Positions 24,804 through 32,000 of a stretch of 32,000 nucleotides of DNA are shown in pieces (position 1 is the first letter of the stretch; each line of letters opens with the position of its first letter). The stretch is taken from the NCBI GenBank assembly GCA_963699255.1, contig OY969425.1:960001-992000 (forward strand), given 5' to 3'. The notes under the pieces were generated by a model. It saw only the letters and a list, made by a program, of their open reading frames with translations, searched no databases and was not told the origin of the DNA. The position numbers were made by a program, and so were the translations under genes. This stretch comes from an uncultured bacterium (lineage in GTDB: Bacteria; Margulisbacteria; WOR-1; CAVSGV01).

Positions 24804-26501
24804 ATGCCCGTCAGGCAAAGAAAATCCCTCGGGGAAAGCCTTGTTGAACAAAAGATAATATCCGAAGAGCAGCTCAGGACCGCCGTAAAAGAAAGCGAGA
24901 ACAGCGGCGAACCGCTGAGAAAAACGCTTGTAAAGACCGGATTGGTCTCTGAAGAAGACATCTGCGGCTTCTTTGAGGAACAGCTAGGGATCCCCAGAAT
25001 AGACCTGAAAAATTACCTGATAGATCAAAAGATACTTTCGCTGATCCCCGAAAGTCTCGCCAAGAAATACAACCTGATCCCGCTTTTCAAGACCGGGGAT
25101 ACCCTGACGATAGCCACCGCCGACCCTCTAAATGTCGTGGCTATGGATGAGATCAGGATAAAGACCAAAAGCAACATTGAACCCGCGGTGGCGACAGAAA
25201 CCGAAATAAGGAACTCGATAAACCAGTATTACGGGGTAGGCGGCTCCATAGAAGACATCATCAGGAGCATTGACATAAAATCGCTCGCCATAGATGAAGG
25301 CAAGGAAGAAATAGAGCCGGAAAAGCTGAAAAATATCGCGGAAGAAGCGCCCATAATCAAGCTTGTGAACCTGATAATCCTTCAGGCGATAAGGGATAAA
25401 GCTTCCGATATTCACGTGGAACCGGAAGAGGACAGCCTGCAGATCAGGTTCAGGGTCGATGGGATCCTGCATGAGCAGGCCACCATCCCGAAACAGATGC
25501 AGGCGGCGGTGCTTTCCAGAATGAAAATAATGTCCGACATGAACATCGCGACAAAAAGGATCCCTCAGGACGGAAGGTTCAGGTTGAACATAGAGGGAGG
25601 ACAGATAGATATGAGAGTGTCATCCCTCCCGACCATCTTCGGCGAAAATATCGTGATGAGGCTTCTTGATACGACAAGCATACTTATCGGTCTGGAAAGG
25701 CTGGGCTTTGACGAAAAAAACCTTGAAAAATTCAAGTCCCTTATCGTCAAACCGCACGGGATAATCCTTGTTACGGGTCCTACAGGTTCCGGGAAAACAA
25801 CGACGCTGTATTCCGCTTTGAACACCATAAACACTCCGGACAAGAACATCATTACGGTCGAAGATCCGGTGGAATATCAGCTGAAAATGATCCGCCAGTC
25901 GCAGATAAACCCGAAAGCGGGGCTTACTTTCGCGACGGGACTGCGTTCGATCTTAAGGCAGGATCCGGACGTAATAATGGTCGGTGAAATAAGGGACCTG
26001 GAGACGGCTGAAATATCGATCCAGGCGGCGCTGACCGGGCATCTGGTGTTTTCCACCCTTCACACGAACGATGCCCCCAGTTCGCTGACCAGATTGACCG
26101 ACATGGGGGTTGAACCTTTCCTTATATCCTCTTCCGTGATCGGGATCATCGCCCAGAGACTTGTAAGAACGATATGTCCGTCCTGCAAGCAATCCTATAC
26201 CCCTTCCAAGGAGGCCCTTGATGATATAGGCGTAACACTTCCGGAAGGACCGCTGAAGTTCTACAGGGGCGCCGGATGCAAGGTCTGCAAGAACACCGGA
26301 TACAAAGGCAGGATAGGGATATTTGAAATGCTCCTGCTTGATGACAAGATCAGGGACCTGATCCTTGCCAAAACCTCGAGTGCTCAGATAAAACACCTGG
26401 CGCAGGAATCCGGCATGAAGACGCTGCGCGAGGACGGGGTCGTAAAAGTGCTCGCGGGCGCTACCACGATAGATGAAGTTATCAGGGTAACTCAGGAATA
26501 A
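24804..26501 (+). CDS. pilB: Type IV pilus assembly ATPase PilB/GspE
   Basis: 565 aa; N-terminal MshEN domain, GIILVTGPTGSGKTTTLYSALN, EDPVEYQL, LRQDPDVIMVGEIRDLETAEISIQAALTGHLVFSTLHTNDAPSSLTRLTDMG, CPSCKQSY...CKVCKNTGYKGRIGIFE. Confidence 0.95.
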   Translation: MPVRQRKSLGESLVEQKIISEEQLRTAVKESENSGEPLRKTLVKTGLVSEEDICGFFEEQLGIPRIDLKNYLIDQKILSLIPESLAKKYNLIPLFKTGDTLTIATADPLNVVAMDEIRIKTKSNIEPAVATETEIRNSINQYYGVGGSIEDIIRSIDIKSLAIDEGKEEIEPEKLKNIAEEAPIIKLVNLIILQAIRDKASDIHVEPEEDSLQIRFRVDGILHEQATIPKQMQAAVLSRMKIMSDMNIATKRIPQDGRFRLNIEGGQIDMRVSSLPTIFGENIVMRLLDTTSILIGLERLGFDEKNLEKFKSLIVKPHGIILVTGPTGSGKTTTLYSALNTINTPDKNIITVEDPVEYQLKMIRQSQINPKAGLTFATGLRSILRQDPDVIMVGEIRDLETAEISIQAALTGHLVFSTLHTNDAPSSLTRLTDMGVEPFLISSSVIGIIAQRLVRTICPSCKQSYTPSKEALDDIGVTLPEGPLKFYRGAGCKVCKNTGYKGRIGIFEMLLLDDKIRDLILAKTSSAQIKHLAQESGMKTLREDGVVKVLAGATTIDEVIRVTQE

Positions 26502-26512
26502 GATAATTCAGC

Positions 26513-27727
26513 ATGCCAACTTTTTCCTATAAAGCGAGAGACGAAACCGGCAAGCCGATCTCCAGCATAATGGAAGCGTCAAATAAAGATGCCCTTGCCT
26601 CAAGGCTGCAAAAGCTCAAGTACACGGTCATCTCAATTTCCGAAAAAGCGATCCCGTTCACAATAGATAAGTTCCTGCGAAGGTTCACCAGAGTAAAGAT
26701 CAATGACCTGGTAATGTTCAATGTTCAACTTGCCAATATGATAGGCGCCGGGATCCCGTTGCCATCGAGCCTTATGACCCTTTCGGAACAGATCGAGAAC
26801 GAAAGATTAAAGGATGCCGTAAGCGACGTATATAACGAGATAAAGGGAGGCCAGACCTTCGCTGACTCCTTAAAAAAACATCCCGATATTTTCCCCCCGC
26901 TTTTCACGAACATGATACATGCCGGCGAGGTCGCCGGGAACCTGGATGAAATATTGAACAGGCTGGCGACATTCGTGGAACACGAATCGGAGCTGAGGCA
27001 AAAAATAACCACGGCGCTGTTTTATCCGATGATCCTTGCCGTATTCGGCACTGCCGTCGTGGTGTTAATTATTGTTACTATACTTCCCTCTTTCGCCAAA
27101 ATATTCATCGAAGCTAATGTTCCGCTGCCGCTGCCGACAATGGTGCTTTATAACCTGAACCTGGTAATAAGGGCTTACTGGAAGCATATTATTGTGGCGA
27201 TTGCAGCGCTGTTCTTTCTCGCGAGGTGGTACAAAAGGACCCCGACCGGGAAATATTACCTGGACAGCGCCATGCTCAATATCCCTGTCTGGGGAAAACT
27301 GATAAGGGAGTCAACGGTCGCCCGCCTCACAAGGACACTTGCGTCGCTCATTTCAGCCGGCGTCCCGATGCTGCAGTCACTTGAGGTAACGGAGAAGACA
27401 ATAGACAACTCGATAATCTCCGGGGTTCTGAAGGACGTATATTCATCGGTAAGCAAAGGCGAGACTATTTCAGAACCGCTAAGGAAAAGCGGCCAGTTCC
27501 CGGCTATGCCCATCCACATGATAGCCGTTGGTGAAGAAACCGGTGCACTGGATACAATGCTCAACAAAGTTGCCGATTATTACGACATGGAAACAGAATA
27601 CAGCATAAAAAGGATCACTTCGCTTCTTGAGCCTATTTTTCTGGTCATTATCGGCGGTATGGTGGGATTCATTTTTGCATCTATACTGCTGCCCATATTC
27701 CAGATGGTGAAGACGCTGAAACACTAG
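26513..27727 (+). CDS. pilC: Type IV pilus inner membrane protein PilC/GspF
   Basis: 404 aa; FSYKARDETGKPISSIMEASNKDALASRLQKLKY...LPSSLMTLSEQI...TRTLASLISAGVPMLQSLEVTEKTIDN...MIAVGEETGALDTMLNKVADYYD. Confidence 0.95.
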   Translation: MPTFSYKARDETGKPISSIMEASNKDALASRLQKLKYTVISISEKAIPFTIDKFLRRFTRVKINDLVMFNVQLANMIGAGIPLPSSLMTLSEQIENERLKDAVSDVYNEIKGGQTFADSLKKHPDIFPPLFTNMIHAGEVAGNLDEILNRLATFVEHESELRQKITTALFYPMILAVFGTAVVVLIIVTILPSFAKIFIEANVPLPLPTMVLYNLNLVIRAYWKHIIVAIAALFFLARWYKRTPTGKYYLDSAMLNIPVWGKLIRESTVARLTRTLASLISAGVPMLQSLEVTEKTIDNSIISGVLKDVYSSVSKGETISEPLRKSGQFPAMPIHMIAVGEETGALDTMLNKVADYYDMETEYSIKRITSLLEPIFLVIIGGMVGFIFASILLPIFQMVKTLKH

Positions 27728-27827
27728 AGGAGCTAGAAGAACTAGATGTTAAGAGGTGAAAAGGTTGAGAAGAAAAAGAGGAAGGACCTCTTTACCTCTT
27801 CCACTTTTAGCTCCCCTAGCTCTTCTA
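27725..27827. repeat. Intergenic imperfect inverted repeat with about 40-nt arms (GAGCTAGAAG-type words)
   Basis: Left arm TAGAGGAGCTAGAAGAACTAGATGTTAAGAGGTGAAAAGG (27725-27764) pairs with the reverse complement of 27787-27827 (TAGAAGAGCTAGGGGAGCTAAAAGTGGAAGAGGTAAAGAGG). Starts exactly at the pilC stop codon. Confidence 0.6.
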
Positions 27828-27879
27828 ATTCTTGCGTATTATTATTACGGTAGTATAATGTTTTTCGTCTCTGGTACAT

Positions 27880-28926
27880 ATGGAAATAAACAGCTTACTT
27901 AAAATAGTAGTTGAAAAAAATGCTTCGGATCTGCTCATCGTATCCGGAACAGCTCCTGTACTCAGGATCAACGGGGCGCTTTCTCCCATAGATTCCGCGA
28001 GACTCTCTGAAAGCGAAGCAAAATCCCTGATCTACGGTCTTCTCACTCCGAAACAGATAGAAACCTTCGAGAAAACAAAGGAACTTGACTGCGGTTATGA
28101 ACTTAAAGGCGTATCAAGGTTCAGGGTCAACGTTCACTATCAAAGAGGCACGGCAGCAGCGGCACTGAGGCTTATCCCTTCCGAGATCCCGACGCTCGAG
28201 GACTTAAGGCTCCCAAATGTTGTTGCCGATTTCGCCAACCTTGAGCGGGGGCTGGTGCTTGTGACCGGACCCACGGGATCCGGGAAAACCACAACGCAGG
28301 CGTGCATGGTGGACATTATCAATGCGAGCAGGAGCCGCCACGTGATAACCATAGAAGACCCCATCGAATACGTCCACGGAAACAAAAGAAGCATTGTGGA
28401 ACAAAGAGAGGTCGGACTCGACACCGAATCCTTTGATTCCGCCTTGAAGAGAGTGCTAAGGCAGAACCCTGATGTCATACTGATAGGGGAAATGAGAGAC
28501 CTGGAAACCATACAAACCGCTATAACAGCCGCGGAAACAGGCCACCTTGTCATATCCACCCTTCATACGAACGACGCTGTGCAGGCGGTAGACCGCATTA
28601 TCGATGTTTTCCCGCCATACCAGCAGACCCAGGTAAGGATGCAGCTTTCGCTGTCCCTGCAGGGGATAATGGCCCAGCAGCTTATACCGAGAATAGACAA
28701 GAAGGGACAGATAGTCGCCACAGAGGTCCTTATTGCCACTTCGGCCGTCAGGAATTTGATCAGGAAAGGCACCACCCAGGAGCTATATTCCACACTGGAC
28801 ATAGGCGCGAAATTCGGGATGCAGAGCATGGATGCCTGCCTTAAGAATCTATACAAGAACAAGTTGATATCATACGACGAAGCTTTCGCGCACGCGATAA
28901 ACCAGGAGCATTTCGAGAAACTTTGA
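27880..28926 (+). CDS. pilT: Type IV pilus retraction ATPase PilT
   Basis: 348 aa; ASDLLIVSGTAPVLRINGAL, LVLVTGPTGSGKTTTQACMVDIIN, EDPIEYVHGNKRSIVEQREVG, LRQNPDVILIGEMRDLETIQTAITAAETGHLVISTLHTNDAVQAVDRIIDVFPP, QQLIPRIDKKGQIVATEVL. Confidence 0.96.
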   Translation: MEINSLLKIVVEKNASDLLIVSGTAPVLRINGALSPIDSARLSESEAKSLIYGLLTPKQIETFEKTKELDCGYELKGVSRFRVNVHYQRGTAAAALRLIPSEIPTLEDLRLPNVVADFANLERGLVLVTGPTGSGKTTTQACMVDIINASRSRHVITIEDPIEYVHGNKRSIVEQREVGLDTESFDSALKRVLRQNPDVILIGEMRDLETIQTAITAAETGHLVISTLHTNDAVQAVDRIIDVFPPYQQTQVRMQLSLSLQGIMAQQLIPRIDKKGQIVATEVLIATSAVRNLIRKGTTQELYSTLDIGAKFGMQSMDACLKNLYKNKLISYDEAFAHAINQEHFEKL

Positions 28927-28950
28927 CATTTCGTCCCGTTATAATATAAT
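28923..28950 (+). promoter_or_regulatory. Near-consensus sigma-70 promoter for the major pilin-like gene, overlapping the pilT stop codon
   Basis: TTGACA (28923-28928), 16-nt spacer, TATAAT (28945-28950); then AAGGAGGGGGTG RBS. Confidence 0.75.
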
Positions 28951-28974
28951 GTAAAAAAAGGAGGGGGTGAAAAA

Positions 28975-29427
28975 ATGAAAACAAGCAAAGGCTTTACTCT
29001 TATCGAGTTACTCATAGTCATGGCGGTCATAGCCATATTGATCGCTATAGCGATCCCTAGCTTCAGAGGCATGCAGCAGGAAGCAAGGAAGACAAAGGCT
29101 CAGGGCGACGTCAGGGTAATAAAGATTGCTATCGAATCTTACTACAAGAATCATAACAATCAATACCCGGCTACTGGAGTCGACTACCAGACAACACTGC
29201 AAAACGCTGTACCAAGGATACTTGAAGGAACGTTGAACGATCCTTTCAGCGTAGGTGCAAATGTGCCTTATCAGTATGCTCTAAGCGGTGCAGACCCAAC
29301 GAGTTCCGATTACTATATCATATGGTCAGTCGGACCGAATCAATCAGCTGTACCGGCCACAGTGTCAACATCAGGCATTGTTACGGCAACAAATGAGGTG
29401 ATCTGGGAATCGAACGGTCACATGTAA
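28975..29427 (+). CDS. Type IV pilin-like protein with N-terminal methylation motif (major pilin candidate)
   Basis: MKTSKG/FTLIELLIVMAVIAILIAIAIPSFRGMQQEARKTKAQGDVRVIKIAIESYYKNHNNQYPATG...; strong own promoter and terminator. Confidence 0.93.
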   Translation: MKTSKGFTLIELLIVMAVIAILIAIAIPSFRGMQQEARKTKAQGDVRVIKIAIESYYKNHNNQYPATGVDYQTTLQNAVPRILEGTLNDPFSVGANVPYQYALSGADPTSSDYYIIWSVGPNQSAVPATVSTSGIVTATNEVIWESNGHM

Positions 29428-29458
29428 TCACGGAATGTCTTTAAAGACATGTTGATTT

Positions 29459-29492
29459 AAAGGGAGCTGACTAGTCGGCTCCCTTTCTTTTT
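29459..29492 (+). terminator. Rho-independent terminator of the pilin gene
   Basis: Stem AAAGGGAGC / GCTCCCTTT (29459-29467 / 29478-29486), 10-nt loop, then CTTTTT. Preceded by a perfect 16-nt palindrome ATGTCTTTAAAGACAT (29435-29450). Confidence 0.85.
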
Positions 29493-29650
29493 AATTTCCA
29501 ATGACCAATCCCAAATAAATACCAATTAATTTGCAATTACCAATTTGACAATTGACCGCTAAGTACAAAAGCGCACAATTTGTCTTATTTCATTGACTAA
29601 TTGGACATTGGTCATTAATTTGACATTTGACACTGGAAATTGGTAATTGA
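29493..29650. repeat. Word-repeat intergenic element (CAATTGAC / CCAATGACC / TTGGTCATT words) with inverted character
   Basis: aatttccaatgaccaatcccaaataaataccaattaatttgcaattaccaatttgacaattg ... ttggacattggtcattaatttgacatttgacactggaaattggtaattgatt; composition resembles 5762..5893. Confidence 0.45.
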
Positions 29651-29675
29651 TTTTCCTTTGTGTTATCATTTCTTC

Positions 29676-30035
29676 ATGAAATCAAAGGGTTTTACTCTAC
29701 TTGAGATCCTCCTGATAATAATCATCCTTATTTTAGTTTTCTTTCCGCTTTTGGAGATGCTCTCAAGCGGCCTTCTGGTAAGCGACAAAGTAAAAAGCAC
29801 GAACACCGCCATGATACTTGCCCAGCAACAAATGGAGGCCGTTAAGAATTCCTCCTTCACTTCCATAAGCAGCACACCTCAGACCACGATCGCGTCATAC
29901 CCGGCCTATAGCTCACAGGTCATAGTAAGCACGCCTCAAACTAATTTAAAGGATGTTCAGGTGATAGTATACTGGCTTTCGGTCACAGGATCACAAACAA
30001 GTGTATCTATTGAAACATTTATATCGAATTTCTAA
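29676..30035 (+). CDS. Type IV prepilin-like protein (PilV/GspI-like minor pilin)
   Basis: MKSKG/FTLLEILLIIIILILVFFPLLEMLSSGLLVSDKVKSTNTAMILAQQQMEAVKNSSF...; ATG 29676 preferred to the track start at 29640. Confidence 0.85.
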   Translation: MKSKGFTLLEILLIIIILILVFFPLLEMLSSGLLVSDKVKSTNTAMILAQQQMEAVKNSSFTSISSTPQTTIASYPAYSSQVIVSTPQTNLKDVQVIVYWLSVTGSQTSVSIETFISNF

Positions 30036-30046
30036 GGAGCTCACAC

Positions 30047-30105
30047 AGATGCTTGGATTTGCTCAGCATGACACACAATGTCGCTCTGAACGAAGTGAAG
30101 GATCT
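30047..30105. repeat. REP-like palindromic element inside the 5' end of a prepilin gene
   Basis: AGATGCTTGGATTTGCTCAGCATGACA-cacaa-TGTCGCTCTGAACGAAGTGAAGGATCT; 27-nt arms match at 18/27 and resemble the common 'TTCGCTCAGAATGACA...TGTCATTCTGAGCGAAGCGAAG' bacterial REP-like repeats. Confidence 0.7.
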
Positions 30106-30612
30106 GCCTTGAAGGAAAGTCTGCGGCGTTCTGCAGGGTTCACCTTAGTGGAATCCGTTTTAGTGCTGGCTATGCTCGGTTTTTTGATGGTCGTGATCTT
30201 TTACGCCTTCACGGCCTCCATGCGCATCTTCACGAGTGAGATGTCCGAAGCCGATACATCCCTGGAAACGCACAGGGCCATGGAGCGGATGACAAAAGAG
30301 CTGAGGGGCGCCCTTCAGATAGTTTCGGCGGAGGCTTCAAGCATAACCTTCTGGTATAACGATCTAAATGGTGATGGAACAATGGAAGCGAATGAAACCG
30401 TAACATATTCCTGGACAGGAGCATCTCCGGGATACATAAACAGGACTGTGCAAACTTCGACACAGGAGGTCTCGTCCGGGATCATGAACTTTTCTCTTAC
30501 ATATAATGACCCGGACCCGTCCAATATCAACTTCATCACCATATTTATGGCCGCTCAGAATGGCTCTACCATGAGCACGCTCGAATCCAGTGTGGACTGC
30601 AGAAATTTATGA
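30049..30612 (+). CDS. Type IV prepilin-like protein (PilW/GspJ-like minor pilin) with a 30-aa REP-derived leader
   Basis: TAAGGAG then ATG at 30049: MLGFAQHDTQCRSERSEGSALKESLRRSAG/FTLVESVLVLAMLGFLMVVIFYAFTASMRIFTSEMSEADTSLETHRAMERMTKELRGALQI... Confidence 0.82.
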   Translation: MLGFAQHDTQCRSERSEGSALKESLRRSAGFTLVESVLVLAMLGFLMVVIFYAFTASMRIFTSEMSEADTSLETHRAMERMTKELRGALQIVSAEASSITFWYNDLNGDGTMEANETVTYSWTGASPGYINRTVQTSTQEVSSGIMNFSLTYNDPDPSNINFITIFMAAQNGSTMSTLESSVDCRNL

Positions 30613-30624
30613 TATAATCAGGTT

Positions 30625-32000
30625 GTGCCGGGAAATAATATAGTTATTGGACTGGACATAGACGGAAAATCTGTCAAGTTCGCAAAGCTTAAGAAAACTG
30701 ACAGCGAAACGACCCTTTTAAAATACGCCGTCCGCGAAGTTCCCCCATCAGAAGATAAGATCAAAGCGGTCTCAGACATCCTTAAAGACCTGTTCAAGGG
30801 CGAAAGACAGGACACCGAAGTTTACACCTGCGCGTTCGGGACAAATGTTAGCTTAAAACGCCTGACCATCCCCGTGATGCCGGATGAAGAGATAAGGGAA
30901 GCCCTGCAGTGGGAAGCCAAAAACCTGGTCCCCTTCCCTATCGAGAATTCCACATTGGATTTCTACAAGATAGGCAAGATATCCGACAAGGCTGTGGAAA
31001 AGTATGACGTCATGTTCGCCGTCGCCGGTGAGGAATTGCTCAGCTTCCTGACCTCCGTCTCAAAAGAATCCGGGATCCGATTTTCAGGGATATCGCTTAT
31101 CCCTCTTGCGCTAAGCGCGCTCCTGCTCCACAACAAAAAGTTCGATAAAGATAAGATCAATGCCATCATAGATATCGGGGCCGAAGCTGCCAGCATAAAC
31201 CTTTTCAAAGGCGATGTGCTTAACTTCACAAGGGTGATAACCGTTGCAGGCGACTCCCTCACAAAAGCCATGACAGGGCTCCTTGTGGCTGACCGATGGC
31301 AGCTGAATCTGACCTATGAACAAGCCGAGGAAATAAAGAAAAAATACGGCATACCAAAAAAAGACACGACCGAGGTCACGGACAGCGGGATACCGCTGGT
31401 CCACATCTACGAGATGATGGCTCCAACACTGCGCAGGCTCCAGAACGAGATCCTAAGATCTTTCGATTATTATAAAGAGGAATTCAGGGAGGAAAAGATC
31501 GACAGAATATTCCTTACAGGCGGCACCTCACACCTGATCAATCTGGAAGAATTCCTCTCCAACGCGCTCGGAATAAAGGTAGAGACCTTAAATCCCTTTG
31601 AAAACCTGAAAATAGACCCATCATCAGGAATAGCCCCCGCAGCATTAAAAGAAGCGTCGCCAAGGCTTGCCCTTGCTGCAGGTCTTGCCCTGGAACAAAG
31701 CGAAAAAATAAATTTCCAGAGGAAAATGGAAAAGTCGCGAAAGCTGATAGGCCTGGAAGGGATGTTCGGCAAGATCAAATTAAAGATCCCGGTACAGATC
31801 CCGGTAAATCTTTTCGCCTATGGTTTAGTGGCGTTATTGATCCTTGCTTTCTCATATAACTTTTACCTGACAAGACTTAGGGATCACTACAAAAAAGAGA
31901 TCGCGTCAAAACAAGCCATTCTAACGGATGTTAAGACCCTTATTGACAAAAGAACGATCCTTGAACAGATCTCAAAGGAAGAAACCCACATAAGAGAAAC
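30625..32000 (+). CDS. pilM: PilM-like actin-fold pilus assembly protein apparently fused to a PilN-like N-terminus; runs off the right edge
   Basis: From GTG 30625: NIVIGLDIDGKSVKFAKLKK...EEIREALQWEAKNLVPFPIENSTLDFYKIG...NAIIDIGAEAASINLFKGDVLNFTRVITVAGDSLTKAM...IDRIFLTGGTSHLINLEEFLSNALGIKVETLNPFENL...ALAAGLALEQSEKINFQRK...PVQIPVNLFAYGLVALLILAFSYNFYLTRLRDHYKKEIASKQAILTDVKTLIDKR... with no stop up to 32000. Confidence 0.82.
   Translation, partial: MPGNNIVIGLDIDGKSVKFAKLKKTDSETTLLKYAVREVPPSEDKIKAVSDILKDLFKGERQDTEVYTCAFGTNVSLKRLTIPVMPDEEIREALQWEAKNLVPFPIENSTLDFYKIGKISDKAVEKYDVMFAVAGEELLSFLTSVSKESGIRFSGISLIPLALSALLLHNKKFDKDKINAIIDIGAEAASINLFKGDVLNFTRVITVAGDSLTKAMTGLLVADRWQLNLTYEQAEEIKKKYGIPKKDTTEVTDSGIPLVHIYEMMAPTLRRLQNEILRSFDYYKEEFREEKIDRIFLTGGTSHLINLEEFLSNALGIKVETLNPFENLKIDPSSGIAPAALKEASPRLALAAGLALEQSEKINFQRKMEKSRKLIGLEGMFGKIKLKIPVQIPVNLFAYGLVALLILAFSYNFYLTRLRDHYKKEIASKQAILTDVKTLIDKRTILEQISKEETHIRE

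Overview
The window is a gene-dense bacterial chromosomal segment. Codon usage and gene content suggest a deep-branching, diderm-like, RpoN-using lineage; an Omnitrophota-like affiliation is only a guess. From left to right it contains: (1) a minus-strand envelope/efflux cluster with a small membrane protein, an LTxxQ-like periplasmic protein, a TolC-family protein with a probable 1-nt frameshift, and an RND pump truncated by the window edge; (2) a nitroreductase and an SDR oxidoreductase; (3) a likely nitrogen-regulated operon with a sigma-54-type promoter, a 41-aa one-TM peptide, an APC permease fused to a C-terminal PII domain, and a stand-alone PII protein; (4) small secreted Lys/Pro/Ala-rich proteins and a lipoprotein; (5) a SAM methyltransferase and an H+-PPase (hppA, K+-independent signature); (6) a distant LIC_10091-like protein; (7) an rpoN cluster with an active NtrC-type enhancer-binding protein carrying a non-Fis C-terminus, a 133-aa unknown, a second EBP-like protein with eroded ATPase motifs, and a HAD phosphatase; (8) tRNA-Leu(TAA), an S1-domain protein, an ftsB/divIC-like gene, eno and a prepilin peptidase; (9) a type IV pilus locus: receiver, pilB, pilC, pilT, three prepilins, and a pilM apparently fused to a pilN-like segment. 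The observations most worth following up are: the APC-PII fusion behind a sigma-54 promoter; the active/degenerate EBP pair with a sigma-54 promoter and tandem upstream repeats; a 5x 11-bp phased TAAT element shared by two distant promoters; a REP-like palindrome that supplies the start codon and leader of a prepilin; and a group of 'word-repeat' intergenic hairpins. No CRISPR array, prophage or transposase was seen.
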